Assembly (NCBI GenBank): GCA_963712745.1
Contig: CAVQJC010000017.1
Span: forward strand, 224,001-288,000
DNA from: an uncultured Chloroflexia bacterium
GTDB taxonomy: Bacteria > Chloroflexota > Limnocylindria > Limnocylindrales > CSP1-4
Direction of reading: 5' to 3'
Length of the DNA stretch: 64,000 bases
Made by a program: the position numbers and the translations under genes. How positions within the stretch are numbered: the first letter of the stretch is position 1; each line of letters begins with the position of its first letter. Below, one piece after another: positions 42,834 to 53,000 of the stretch. The notes under the pieces were generated by a model. That model was given only the letters and a program-made list of their open reading frames with translations, did not search any database and was not told the origin of the DNA.

Positions 42834-43882
42834 CTACGACGGCACTCCCACTGACAGGTGCAGCGGCGCGACCTCGTCCAGCCGAGCCAGCAGCGTCGTG
42901 GCACCAAGCGCTTCCAGGTTCGCCCGCGCATCTTCGGCCAATACCTCGCGGTCATCGAGGCGGTCACCGAAGAGGCGCAGCATCTCCATCTGTGTGACGG
43001 CCCCGAGCGGGCGCATGGAGCGAGTCCTTGAGCAGGCGCAACTCCTCCTGTCGCCCGACGTAGGGTGGCTCGAGGCCCTCGCGGCGGCCCATCCCTCCTC
43101 GCTCGGCGACCACACGCAGGGCGGTCCAGGCCCTGACGGGCTCGGCCTTGCCCTTCAGCTTGAGCTCGCCGACGGTATCGAAGGCGATGGCGCGGCCGGC
43201 GGCCACCATCGTGGTCTCGTCGACGAGGACGCTGCCGGCTGCGGCTGCGGCCTGCAGGCGTGAGCTGGTGTTCACGAGGTCGCAGGCCACCAGGCCCTGG
43301 CCTTGGGCGGACGGGTCGACCACGGCCTTCCCGGTGGTCACCGCGGCCCGGACCTGGGTGCCAGGGTCCAGCCCTGAGACCATCGTGACCAGGTCGAGCG
43401 CGGCGCGGACCGCGCGCTCGGCATCATCCTCGTGCGCCGCCGGCGTCCCCCATACGGCCATGACCGCGTCGCCGATGAACTTCTCCACCATGCCGCCGTA
43501 GCGGCCGATGATCTCCGCGGCGCGTTCGAAGTACGTGGACAGGAACTCGCGCACGGCCTCCGGGTCCACGTTCTCGGAGCGCGCGGTGAAGCCGACCAGG
43601 TCCAGGAAGAGCACCCAGACCAGCCGTCGCTCGGTAACACCTGGGGCCCCCACGGACGTCGCCCCGGTCGATCCGCGGCGCGTGCGATGTCTCCGTGTCA
43701 GCTTCGAGCAGCGTCCCGCATTGACCACAGAAGCGCGCGCCCAGGACTCGTGGCGTTCCGCAGCTTGGGCAAGCGGATGAGGCCAGGGATGTCCCACAGG
43801 CCAGACAGAACCGCAATCCCGGGCTGACGTCGGCAGCGCAGGACGGGCAGTGGCCCTGCACACCCCCTGCCGGGAGCGTCAC
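42834..43882 (-). pseudogene. Double zinc-ribbon adenylate/guanylate cyclase-STAND protein, internally deleted and frameshifted
   Basis: CPSC..FCLAC..CPSC..FCGQC; ERRLV.VLF.DLVGFT, KFIGDAVMA; YVGRQEEL AAA start joined directly to a C-terminal-type tail (LEALGATTLLARLD). Confidence 0.75.
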
Positions 43883-44730
43883 CAGCCGGCTTCCTCGCGC
43901 AGCAGTCGATGCAGGACGCGGGCGCTGACCGAGCGGCGGTAGTCGGCTGTCGAGCGGACATCGTCGATGGGCTCGATCTCCTGCGCCAGGGTATGCGCAG
44001 CCGAATCGGCCACGGTCTCGTCAGGGCGTGTGCCCTCCAGCACTCCCTCGGTCCGCGATGCGCGCACAGGGGTGGGGGCCACGGAGCCCAGCGCCACCCG
44101 CACGTCACGCCATGTGCTCCCGTCCTCGCGGTAGCTGAGCGCGATCACGACCTTGGAGATCGCCTGGGCCGCACGCGTGCCGACCTTGCGGAACCGCGTC
44201 TGCCGGCCGTGGTCGACCGCGAAGCGGACGCCCAGCAACAGCTCGTCCTCGGCCAGCGCGGTCTGGCGATAGCCGGTCCAGAACTCATTGGCCGGGATCG
44301 TGCGTTCACCACGCGCAGAGGCCACCGCGAACTCGGCATCGACGACCAGCATCACGGGCAACGAATCGCCGGCGGGGGAGGCGTTGCAGATGTTGCCGCC
44401 GATGGTGCCCCGGTTCTGGATCTGGGCCGCGCCGATGGTGCCGGCCGCCTCCGCCAGCGCCGGCAGCCGGGCCGAGATGACCGGGGAGTGGCGCAGCTCG
44501 GTCCAGGTCGTGAGCGCACCGACGCGGACCTCGTAACCGTCGGTACTCACGCCACGCAGCTCGCGCAGTCGCGCCAGGTCAAGCACCGCGGCGGGGGCTT
44601 CGCCCACGTCGGCCTCGAGTTGGACCATCAGGTCGGTCCCGCCGGCGATGGGCCGGAAGCCGCCATCGGCCATGAAGGCGAGGGCTTCAGACAGGGTAGT
44701 CGGGCTAACGACGGGCGGCTCGAGTGCCAT
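43879..44730 (-). CDS. Xanthine dehydrogenase-family FAD-binding subunit
   Basis: IAGGTDL, QIQNRGTIGGN..NASPAGD, PIDDVRSTA.YR. Confidence 0.93.
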   Translation of the reverse strand: MALEPPVVSPTTLSEALAFMADGGFRPIAGGTDLMVQLEADVGEAPAAVLDLARLRELRGVSTDGYEVRVGALTTWTELRHSPVISARLPALAEAAGTIGAAQIQNRGTIGGNICNASPAGDSLPVMLVVDAEFAVASARGERTIPANEFWTGYRQTALAEDELLLGVRFAVDHGRQTRFRKVGTRAAQAISKVVIALSYREDGSTWRDVRVALGSVAPTPVRASRTEGVLEGTRPDETVADSAAHTLAQEIEPIDDVRSTADYRRSVSARVLHRLLREEAGW

Positions 44731-45260
44731 CAGCGCTCCACCTCGTCCGACCCATCGCGTCTGAGAGCGGCGGCCTCGATGGCGTCGATGATCTTGGTGT
44801 AGCCGGTACACCGGCAGAGGTTGCCGGCGATGGCCTCCCGGATATCCGCCTCGTCGGCCGAACCGCCGTCGTCGAGGTAGGCCTGCGCGGCCATGAGCAT
44901 GCCCGGGGTGCAGATGCCGCACTGGGCACCGCCGTACTCGAGGAACGCCTGCTGGAGCGGGCTCAGCGCCGCCGTCTCGGCATCGGAGAGGCCCTCCACG
45001 GTGCGGACGTCGGAGCCGTGCACCTGGCACACCGGCACAAGGCAGCTGTCGACGACCAGGCCGTCGAGGATGACGGTGCAGGCGCCGCACTCGCCCTCGC
45101 CGCAACCTTCCTTGGTGCCGGTCAGACCCAGGTCTTCGCGGACCACGTCGAGCAACCGGCGCATCCCCGGGACCGATACCTCGCGCGGCTCACCGTTGAG
45201 CGTGAAGCGGTAGGTCGTGCCCGGGCCGGCAGGACCCGGACCCTCGTGTAGGGCGGTCAT
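44730..45260 (-). CDS. Xanthine dehydrogenase-family 2Fe-2S subunit
   Basis: GTKEGCGEGECGACT, QCGICTPG, NLCRCTGY. Confidence 0.95.
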   Translation of the reverse strand: MTALHEGPGPAGPGTTYRFTLNGEPREVSVPGMRRLLDVVREDLGLTGTKEGCGEGECGACTVILDGLVVDSCLVPVCQVHGSDVRTVEGLSDAETAALSPLQQAFLEYGGAQCGICTPGMLMAAQAYLDDGGSADEADIREAIAGNLCRCTGYTKIIDAIEAAALRRDGSDEVER

Positions 45261-47563
45261 GCCCGCTCCTCCAGTGCCCTCAGCACCCGCTCGGGGGTGG
45301 CCGGCAGTTCCGTGACCCAGACGCCGACCGCGTCGTGGATGGCATCGACGACTGCCGGTGCGGCCACGTTCATGGGCAGCTCCCCGACGCCCTTGGCTCC
45401 GTGGGGCGAGCCGCTGAACGGTGCCTCCACGAGGATGGCGGTGATGTCGGGCGCGTCCATCGAGGTGGGGATGATGTACGTCGAGAGGCGGTCGTTGAGG
45501 TAGCGGCCGTCCTGCAGCTTCATCTCCTCGATGGTGCCGTAACCGACCGATTGCAGGGTGCCCCCCTCGATCTGGCCCTCGGCCAGCAGCGGGTGGATGA
45601 CACGGCCCACGTCGTCCGCGGATACGACCGAACGTACGCGCACCTCGCCGGTGTCGAGGTCGACGTTCACCTTGGCCACGGCGCAGGCCCAGCCGAAGGC
45701 GGGATACGCGTCGCCCGTGTGTGTCTCGTCGTCGAACTCGACCTCGACCTCGGATTCGTACTGTTGATCGATGCGCGTGGCACCATGCGTCGCGGCATCA
45801 GCCCGGTACACGTTCGCGAAACGGCCGCCGGACCGCTCCTCGACCAGCGCGCGCAGCCTGGCCGCCGCCTTCGAGACGAGCCCACCTACGACCATCACCG
45901 TGCGCGAGGCGACGGTAGGCCCGCTGTTGGGCACGATCGAGGTGTCGATAGGAGCGAGCTCGATCTCCTCGGGGTCGATGTCCAGCACCTCGGCCACGAT
46001 CATGGGCATGACCGTGTTGGTACCCTGGCCGATCTCGGTGTTGGCGATGAGCAGGCGCACGACACCGTCGGCACCGAGCTCTACGCCTGCGGTGCTGCCC
46101 ATCATCACCTCGCCCCGGCCGGTGAACCCGGCGCCGTGCCAGCCCATGGCGATGCCGATGCCGGAGGCCGAGCGGACGCGCGTGGAGGTGAACCCGTTCC
46201 CTGCCTCCGCGGCCTGGCCCCAGCGCACCGCGCGGGTCTGGCGGCTGACCGCCCGCACGCCCTCGTAGTCGGCCGCCTTGGTCGCTTCGCGCAGCACCTC
46301 TTCGGCGGCGACGCTCTCGCGCAGCACCTGACCGCTCGGTGTGGTGCCACCCTCGCGGTAGATCCAACGCTCGCGCAACTCGGCCGGAGAGACACCCAGC
46401 TCATCGGCGATGCGGGCCATCTGCAGCTCGTGGGCGAAGCCGACCTGTGGTGCCCCGAACCCGCGGAAGGCGCTGTTGGGCGGCGTGTTGGTGGCCATCG
46501 AGCGGCCCTTGATGTGCACGTTGTCGCACTCGTACGGGCCGCCGGCATGGAGCACGCCGCGGGACAGCACCACCGGGCTGAGGGTGCAGTAGGCCCCGCC
46601 GTCCATGATGACCTCGATGTCCTGGGCTACCAGCTGCCCGGCGGCCGAGACGCCGGAGCGATAGCGCACGATGGCCGGGTGTCGCTTGGTGGTCGAGGCG
46701 ATGTCCTCGTGACGGTCGTAGATCATGCGCACGGGCTTGCCGATGCGCTGGGCCAGCAGCGCCGCGTGGATGGCCACGACCGAGGGGTAGTCCTCCTTGC
46801 CCCCGAACCCGCCGCCAGTCTCCGCCTGCGTGATGACGGCCTGCTCGTCGCTGAGGGCGAGCGCCCGCTTCAGCGCGCTGTGCACGTAATACGGGCACTG
46901 CATGGACCCGGTGATGGTGATGCCGCCATCCGGACGGGGCTCGGCGATCATCGCCTGGTTCTCGATGTAGAGCTGCTCCTGGTGGCCGACCCGGTATTCG
47001 CCCTCGACGATGAGCGTGGCCTCCACGAACGCGGCTGCCGGGTCGCCCTTGGTGATCTCGTAGGCCGCGAACTGCTGCTCGGAGTCGAGCGGGTCGAAGA
47101 CCGGAGGCAGCGGTTCGGTCACCGGCCTGATGCGCTTCCTGGCCTCGCGCAGCGTGGCCTTGTCGGGTGCGGCGATGAGCGCGACAGCTTCGCTGTGATG
47201 GCGGATCTCATCGACCGCCAGCGCGGGCATGTCGTCGATGATGATGCTCACCACGTTCTCGCCGGGGATGTCCTCGGCGCTCATGACCACGACTCTCGAC
47301 CAGTCGAAGTCCGCATCCCGCTCGAGGCCCAGCAGGCGTGCATGAGCCTCGGTCGAGCGGATCGTCGCGCCGTACCAGGCGCCCGGGAAGACGAGGTCGT
47401 CGGTGTACTTGGCCTTGCCCGTCAGTTTCGGCCGGCCCTCCCGTCGCAGCGGGGCAGGGGTCGCCCGGCCCAGCGTCGGGGCAGGGGCCTGACCGGGTGC
47501 CGGCGGCGTCATCACCACGGGGCCTTCGGCCGAAACGTGCTGGTCGCGAACTCTCTCGCTCAA
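45257..47563 (-). CDS. Xanthine dehydrogenase-family molybdopterin-binding subunit
   Basis: TGGGFGGK, AFRGFG, EIGQG, GPTVASR, GQIEGG, KGVGE. Confidence 0.95.
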   Translation of the reverse strand: MSERVRDQHVSAEGPVVMTPPAPGQAPAPTLGRATPAPLRREGRPKLTGKAKYTDDLVFPGAWYGATIRSTEAHARLLGLERDADFDWSRVVVMSAEDIPGENVVSIIIDDMPALAVDEIRHHSEAVALIAAPDKATLREARKRIRPVTEPLPPVFDPLDSEQQFAAYEITKGDPAAAFVEATLIVEGEYRVGHQEQLYIENQAMIAEPRPDGGITITGSMQCPYYVHSALKRALALSDEQAVITQAETGGGFGGKEDYPSVVAIHAALLAQRIGKPVRMIYDRHEDIASTTKRHPAIVRYRSGVSAAGQLVAQDIEVIMDGGAYCTLSPVVLSRGVLHAGGPYECDNVHIKGRSMATNTPPNSAFRGFGAPQVGFAHELQMARIADELGVSPAELRERWIYREGGTTPSGQVLRESVAAEEVLREATKAADYEGVRAVSRQTRAVRWGQAAEAGNGFTSTRVRSASGIGIAMGWHGAGFTGRGEVMMGSTAGVELGADGVVRLLIANTEIGQGTNTVMPMIVAEVLDIDPEEIELAPIDTSIVPNSGPTVASRTVMVVGGLVSKAAARLRALVEERSGGRFANVYRADAATHGATRIDQQYESEVEVEFDDETHTGDAYPAFGWACAVAKVNVDLDTGEVRVRSVVSADDVGRVIHPLLAEGQIEGGTLQSVGYGTIEEMKLQDGRYLNDRLSTYIIPTSMDAPDITAILVEAPFSGSPHGAKGVGELPMNVAAPAVVDAIHDAVGVWVTELPATPERVLRALEERA

Positions 47564-47730
47564 GCGGTTGCTCCCTCGTGCGTGGAGGTTGGCGCCCGTA
47601 TCGTACTGCCCACGGACTGGTCCTTGACTCGGCGAGCGCTGCGGCGCCGTGGTCCTCCTCGTGCGAGAGGGTTCCGCAACCCCGCGCGGCGAAGACGACG
47701 ACCGACCCCGACCGCGCTACCCTTGGCGTC

Positions 47731-48195
47731 ATGTTCGCCCTTTGGATGTTCCTGCATATCCTCGGCGCCATCGCGGCGTTCGGGTTCGGCTTCTATGCGC
47801 CGATCTTCGGCATGGCCACGGCCAAGGAGCCCCAGCACGGCAACTGGTTCATGCGTGCCTCGAAGCGTGTCTCCAACGTCATCATCGTGCCCTTCGCCAT
47901 CCTCATGTTCATCACCGGGGCGATGCTGGTGCAAAGCGGCGGCACCGAGTGGTCAGACCGCTGGCTGTCGGTCGCCCTGCTGCTCTACTTCATCGCGCTT
48001 GGCATCGTGTTCTTCCTCCAGCGCCCCGCGCTCAGCAAGGTCATCGCCCTCACCGAGCAGCCGCCCGGTCCGGAGGGCCCACCGGCGGAGCTCACGACCA
48101 ACGTCAGGCGCATGCAGATCTACGGCGTGGTGCTGCTCATCCTGACGCTGTCGGTGCTGGCGCTGATGGTCTGGAAGCCGGCCCTCGGTCAGTAG
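47731..48195 (+). CDS. DUF2269-family membrane protein
   Basis: FLHILGAI..FG, ITG, WL, LMVWKP C-terminus. Confidence 0.8.
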   Translation: MFALWMFLHILGAIAAFGFGFYAPIFGMATAKEPQHGNWFMRASKRVSNVIIVPFAILMFITGAMLVQSGGTEWSDRWLSVALLLYFIALGIVFFLQRPALSKVIALTEQPPGPEGPPAELTTNVRRMQIYGVVLLILTLSVLALMVWKPALGQ

Positions 48196-49667
48196 CGGCC
48201 AGCCTCCAGGAGCAGGGTGGAGAGGCGCGAGTAGCGCGCGTACACCTCGTCGTACCGACGCGCTCGCTCAGGGTCCGGCTCGGAAAGCACCAGCCTGGGC
48301 CGAGCGGCCTCGCTGGCCTCGGCATAGTCGTCATACACGCCGGTCGCGATGCCACCGATGAGCGCCGCGCCGACCCCGGTCCGTTCGGGCGCATCGACGT
48401 AGGCAAGCGGCTCCCCGAAGACGTCGGAGAGGATGCCCCGCCATAGCGGACTGGCCAGCCCGTTGCCCGTGGCCAGCCAGGTATCGCAGTGGCCGCCTGC
48501 GTCGATGACCGCGTCGCGGGTCGCGCGCAGTGAGCAGGCCACGCCCTCGAGGACCGCTCGCGCCAGGTGCGCCCGCCGATGCCCCAGCGTCAGGCCCACG
48601 AAGGCGCCGGTGGCATCGGGGTCCATGACCGGCGAACGCTCGCCGACCAGATAGGGCAGGAAGACGAGGCCCTCGCAGCCGGCCGGCACCCCCGCCGCCA
48701 GCCGGTCGAGCGCGGCATACGGGTTCTCCGACCGGAGCCGCAGCCGATCCCGCAGCCAGCGCAGGGACATGCCCGCCGAGAGCGTCGCACCCAGCTGGTA
48801 CCAGCTGTCTGAAGGCGCGTGACAGAAGGTGTGGATGCGGCCCTTCCGGTCCGGCATCGGCGTATCGGCGGCGACGAAGATCTGCCCGCCCGTGCCGAGC
48901 GTCACCGAGCCGCTGCCGCCTACCACCAGGCCATTGGAGACCGCCTGGGCGCATTGATCGGCACAGCCGGCGGCGACGGGGATACCGCGGCGCAGCCCCA
49001 GCTCAGCGGCCGCCCCTCCGGTCAGGCTCCCCGCCACATCGGCCGAATCGAGCAGCGGCGGCAGGATCGTCGCCGGTGCTCCGAGCCGCTCGCAGAGCTG
49101 GGTCGACCAGGCGCGAGCGCCCACATCGAACATGGCCGTGCCCGACGCGTCGCTCACGTCGGTGGCGGCATGGCCGGTCATCTTCAGGCGCAGGTAGTCC
49201 TTCGGTAGCACGAACATGGCAGCCACATCGAGGCGCTCAGGCTCGTGCCGGCGGAGCCAGGCCATGGTCGGTCCCATGAAGCCCGCCGCGGGCCGCGTCC
49301 CGGCCACGGCCAGGAACGTCTCGATGCCGATGTCGGCCTCGAGCTCGGGAATCAGCTCGGCCGTGCGCTGGTCGGCCCAGGTGATGGCCTTTCCGAGTGG
49401 GTGCATCGAGCCGTCGAGCAGCACTCCGCCGTGCATGTGGCCGTCGAGCCCGATGCCGTCGATGTCGTTGGTACCGGCCTCGTGGAGCGCCTCGCGGACG
49501 GCCATGACGCAGTTCGACCACCATGACGCCGGGTCCTGCTCGGCGCGACCAGGTTCCGGAACCTCCATGGGGATCTCGCGGTAGCCGCTGCCGAGCACCG
49601 TGGCCGACGCGTCGATGACCACGGCCTTCACGCCCGAAGTGCCCAGGTCGATGCCCAGCAGTGCCAT
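48189..49667 (-). CDS. xylB: Xylulokinase-like FGGY kinase
   Basis: GIDLGTS, DGHMHG, LPKDY, SDASGT, FCHA, FLPYLVGERSP. Confidence 0.8.
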   Translation of the reverse strand: MALLGIDLGTSGVKAVVIDASATVLGSGYREIPMEVPEPGRAEQDPASWWSNCVMAVREALHEAGTNDIDGIGLDGHMHGGVLLDGSMHPLGKAITWADQRTAELIPELEADIGIETFLAVAGTRPAAGFMGPTMAWLRRHEPERLDVAAMFVLPKDYLRLKMTGHAATDVSDASGTAMFDVGARAWSTQLCERLGAPATILPPLLDSADVAGSLTGGAAAELGLRRGIPVAAGCADQCAQAVSNGLVVGGSGSVTLGTGGQIFVAADTPMPDRKGRIHTFCHAPSDSWYQLGATLSAGMSLRWLRDRLRLRSENPYAALDRLAAGVPAGCEGLVFLPYLVGERSPVMDPDATGAFVGLTLGHRRAHLARAVLEGVACSLRATRDAVIDAGGHCDTWLATGNGLASPLWRGILSDVFGEPLAYVDAPERTGVGAALIGGIATGVYDDYAEASEAARPRLVLSEPDPERARRYDEVYARYSRLSTLLLEAGRY

Positions 49668-49677
49668 CAGTGCGATG

Positions 49678-51003
49678 CTAGGCGCCCTGCGGCCCCTCGA
49701 GGCGGCGTCCGCGCACCCAGGCCGCACGGACCATGCCGGGGCGCTCGCGGAAGATGAGCCGGCCGGCGACCTCCTCGAGGTCCCGACATGGCTCGCCGTT
49801 GGGCGGTCGGCCGAGGTCCGGGTCGACCGCGATGAGATCGGCCTCCTTGCCCGTCTCCAGGCTGCCGATGACGCGGTCCAGGCCGAGCGCCTCCGCGCCC
49901 CCGAGCGTGCCCAGCCGGAGCCACTCGAGCGGATCGGGCACCGCAGCACCATCGCCCACCACGGTCGCGCGCGAGTTGTGCTGGAAGAAGCCGAGGCGCA
50001 TCTGGGTGACGACCGAGAGCTCGGGTGCGCCGGCCACATCGGTCCCCAGGCCGATGCGCAGGCCTGCCTCGAGGTATCGACCGATGGGCATCACGCCGCT
50101 GCGGATGAACATGTTGCTCACCGGGCAGTGGGCGATGGCCGAGTCGGTCTCCACCATGCGCCCGAGCTCACGCTCGGAGAGGTGGATCGAATGGGCGAAG
50201 AGCGCCTTCCGACCGAGCCCGCCCGCGCGGTCGTAGACATCGAGGTAGTCGGCCGCCTCGGGGAAGTGCTCAGCCACCGTGGCCATCTCGGCCACGTCCT
50301 CGGAGAGGTGGGTCTGCCAGGTGGCACCGTAGTGCTCGGCCAGCGACGCCGACTCGCGCAGCATGTCAGGGGTGCAGGCGACGGCGAAGCGCGGCGTGAA
50401 CGCGTACCGAAGTCGTCCGTCCGCGGCGCCGTGCCAGCGTTCGCAGAGCTCGCCGGAAGCGCGGATGGCGTTCTCGATGATGTCACCGGGCGGGGTGAGC
50501 TCGTCGTAGGTGACGCGGTCCATGAGCACGTTGCCGATGACCGCGCGGATACCGTGCTCGTCTGCGGCGCGGAAGCAGGCCTCGGTCGAATCGGGCCAGA
50601 TCGCGGCGTAGCCAGAGAAGGTGGTGGTGCCGGCCGCGGCCATGGCGCGATAGACCTGTGGGGCGAGAGCCTCGGCCGTGGGCACGTCGAAGGCGCGTTC
50701 GAGTGGGAAGACGTAGCGCTCCAGCCAGGACAGCAGGTCCATGCCGGCTCCCAGGCCGGCGGCGGGCACCTGCGGGATGTGGACGTGGGTGTCGACCAGG
50801 CCCGGCATGACCACCAGCGGCCGCAGGTCGATGGCCGATCCGGCGGCCTGCGGGGCATCCGCCGCGGCGCGGACCGAGCGGATACGCCCGGCCTCGTCCA
50901 CTTCGATGATTCCGTCGGGCTGCCAAAGTGTGTCGCCCTCGGGGAGCGGGCTGAGCAGGCGGGCCCGCAACGTGAACGGCGGCTCTTGCGGGATGGTCGT
51001 CAT
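49678..51003 (-). CDS. guaD: Guanine deaminase (amidohydrolase family)
   Basis: PGLVDTHVHIPQ, LLSWLERYVFP.E, TPRFA, QTHLSE, AHCPVSN, GTDVAG. Confidence 0.9.
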   Translation of the reverse strand: MTTIPQEPPFTLRARLLSPLPEGDTLWQPDGIIEVDEAGRIRSVRAAADAPQAAGSAIDLRPLVVMPGLVDTHVHIPQVPAAGLGAGMDLLSWLERYVFPLERAFDVPTAEALAPQVYRAMAAAGTTTFSGYAAIWPDSTEACFRAADEHGIRAVIGNVLMDRVTYDELTPPGDIIENAIRASGELCERWHGAADGRLRYAFTPRFAVACTPDMLRESASLAEHYGATWQTHLSEDVAEMATVAEHFPEAADYLDVYDRAGGLGRKALFAHSIHLSERELGRMVETDSAIAHCPVSNMFIRSGVMPIGRYLEAGLRIGLGTDVAGAPELSVVTQMRLGFFQHNSRATVVGDGAAVPDPLEWLRLGTLGGAEALGLDRVIGSLETGKEADLIAVDPDLGRPPNGEPCRDLEEVAGRLIFRERPGMVRAAWVRGRRLEGPQGA

Positions 51004-51410
51004 CGCGGGATCTCCACCGGCACGACCCGCAGTTCGTCGATGCCACTGAAGTCGCCCGGGTTGCACGTGTACAGCGGAAGTCCGTTGGCGATCGCGACAG
51101 CAGCGATCATCGCGTCGAAGGGGCGCGCCGAGCTCTTCCGACCTCTGCGCCGAAGAGATGCGGCGACACGCCCGAATGCACGCGCAGCTCCGACGTCGAA
51201 GGGGATAGCCTCGAAGTCGGCTTCGGCGCTCTGTACCTGCGCCTGTCTCGCGGCCTGTTCCTCACCATCTGCCACGAGCGGTCCGACGCTGAGCTCCGCA
51301 AGCGTCACGGTCGAGATGCGAGGCCGCCGCGGAAGCAGTGTGGGGTCGGGCAACCGACCAGACAGGATCAGCGTGCTCGTGTCCAGCAGCCCTTCGTCGT
51401 GGCGGGTCAC
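51000..51410 (-). CDS. vapC: VapC-family PIN-domain toxin
   Basis: LLDTS, VTLAEL, FDAMIAAVA, LYTCN..DF. Confidence 0.92.
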   Translation of the reverse strand: MTRHDEGLLDTSTLILSGRLPDPTLLPRRPRISTVTLAELSVGPLVADGEEQAARQAQVQSAEADFEAIPFDVGAARAFGRVAASLRRRGRKSSARPFDAMIAAVAIANGLPLYTCNPGDFSGIDELRVVPVEIPR

Positions 51411-51643
51411 AGTGACTGGTCGATGATCTTGTCGATGTCACGTCGCAGGGACTCCGGGTCCACCGAGGGCAGGTTCCTCCGGCGTTCCAGCAGTGCTTCC
51501 ACCGACAGTGTTCTTGTGGGCAGAGGGGAGAGACGGGCGACTGGCATGCCATCCCGCGTGATCGTCAGCACCTCTCCCGCGATTACTCGCTCGATGACCT
51601 CGCCACCCTTGTTCCGTAGATCCCTGATCGTCACGTCAGCCAT
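51407..51643 (-). CDS. Phd/YefM-family antitoxin
   Basis: VTIRDLRNKGGEVIERV.AGE...ITRDG.PVARL.P; GTGA overlap with the toxin. Confidence 0.92.
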   Translation of the reverse strand: MADVTIRDLRNKGGEVIERVIAGEVLTITRDGMPVARLSPLPTRTLSVEALLERRRNLPSVDPESLRRDIDKIIDQSL

Positions 51644-51650
51644 GTCTCAC

Positions 51651-51669
51651 ATCGTATCACCGGTGATAC
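51651..51669 (-). promoter_or_regulatory. TA operator palindrome overlapping a leaderless -10 box
   Basis: Perfect GTATCACCGGTGATAC (51654-51669); TACGAT-N7-ATG on the minus strand. Confidence 0.7.
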
Positions 51670-51690
51670 AGTCCCCGCGTTCCGCGGGTC

Positions 51691-52776
51691 TCAGCCGGCT
51701 TCGTCGTCGAGCTCTGCCAGGGTGCGTGTTCGCAGGTCGATGATGAGCCCCAGCTGCAACACCGTGATGATGGTGGAACCCAGAGCGGTGACCTGCGCGG
51801 CGTAGAAGGTCACCAGCCCTCCGGCCACGAGGTTCGTGAGCACAGCAGCGACGGCCAGGTTCAGGCCCGGCTGCGTCTTGCCCCGCCACAGGGCCACGAG
51901 CGCCGCTCCGGCCCCGAGGCCCACGACCACGTTGATGCCTAGGACCAACAGGATCCAGACCGGTTCGGTCGGTAGCTCCATCCGTCCGGCATCCCGGGCC
52001 ACGAGCAATGCCTCTTCCAGGTCGAGCTGTGTGCTCGCCAGCAGGAGCAGGGCAGCCGCCACCGCCCCCAGGAAGGCCCAGATCAGCGACAGGACCACCA
52101 GCCACCGCTCCAGGCGTGTCGGCAGGAGCCGCTCGAGCAGCCGGTGACCTTCGCCCCTGGCGATCCAGCCTTCGGCTGTCAGGCGGGCGTCCATGGCCGG
52201 GGATTCCAGGGCCGCCAGCAGCATCTCTGCCAGCCGATCGGCCTCCGCGGAAGGCTCGGCGGTCCGTACCTGGGCTGCGAGCATCTGGTCGATCACCCTC
52301 CGGCGATCCTGCGCGGTCAGGTTGCCATCGAGGCCGTCGGCGAGCGCCTCGATGACCGCACCGCTCGCGTCATAGCCGTCGACCCCGCGCCGGCGTACCA
52401 GCACCCAGAGCAGGACGAGCAGCAGGATGCTGCCGTAGATGATGGGGGCGGCCGGGGCGTAGAAGTAGTCGTTCGAGGTGGTCATGAACTTGCCGATCTC
52501 GTCGATGAACAGGCCCGCGCCCAGTCCGGCCAGGAGGGCTGAGATCTGAAGAGTGCGTTGCCCCGAATAGAGGAGCGGCAGCAGGGCGGCGATGAACAGC
52601 GCCAGGCCGCCCCAGAGTGCGTGGGCGATGTGGAGTTCGCCGCCTCCCACGGTGGGATAGCCGGCCAGGTCCAGGTACCAGCGCACGCCTGCGACCGTCA
52701 CCGCGAAGGCGGCGATGGTCAGGACCAGGTAGCTGGTAGCACGGTCCCGCCGTGTTCCCAGGTATCGGCTGCGCAC
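51691..52776 (-). CDS. Hypothetical multi-pass membrane protein
   Basis: LHIAHALWGG, GAGLFIDEIGKF, NDYFY; about 8 TM segments. Confidence 0.8.
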   Translation of the reverse strand: MRSRYLGTRRDRATSYLVLTIAAFAVTVAGVRWYLDLAGYPTVGGGELHIAHALWGGLALFIAALLPLLYSGQRTLQISALLAGLGAGLFIDEIGKFMTTSNDYFYAPAAPIIYGSILLLVLLWVLVRRRGVDGYDASGAVIEALADGLDGNLTAQDRRRVIDQMLAAQVRTAEPSAEADRLAEMLLAALESPAMDARLTAEGWIARGEGHRLLERLLPTRLERWLVVLSLIWAFLGAVAAALLLLASTQLDLEEALLVARDAGRMELPTEPVWILLVLGINVVVGLGAGAALVALWRGKTQPGLNLAVAAVLTNLVAGGLVTFYAAQVTALGSTIITVLQLGLIIDLRTRTLAELDDEAG

Positions 52777-52877
52777 CGTCGGAGCCTACCGCAGCGAAAG
52801 CGGAGTCGTTTCGGGCTGGACGCGGCTCATACCCTGACGAGCGCCACCAGACGGCGGCGCCACGAGGCAGAGACTCC

Positions 52878-53000
52878 ATGGACACCGAGCTCGTCAGCAG
52901 GGCCCACAGGGGACCAGGCGGCATTCGCCGAGATCGCGTCGGCCACGTACGGGCGGCTGCACTCGCTCGCGTTCGGCATCCTGCGCGACCGGGTCGGCCT
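52878..53000 (+). pseudogene. Truncated ECF sigma factor N-terminal remnant
   Basis: MDTELVSRAHRG / DQAAFAEIASATYGRLHSLAFGILRDR across a frameshift; similar to the N-termini at 55507 and 58006. Confidence 0.7.

Noticed and set aside
45335-51426. Long plus-strand ORFs (936 aa and 608 aa)
   Set aside because: Antisense shadows of well-supported minus-strand genes, typical of high-GC DNA
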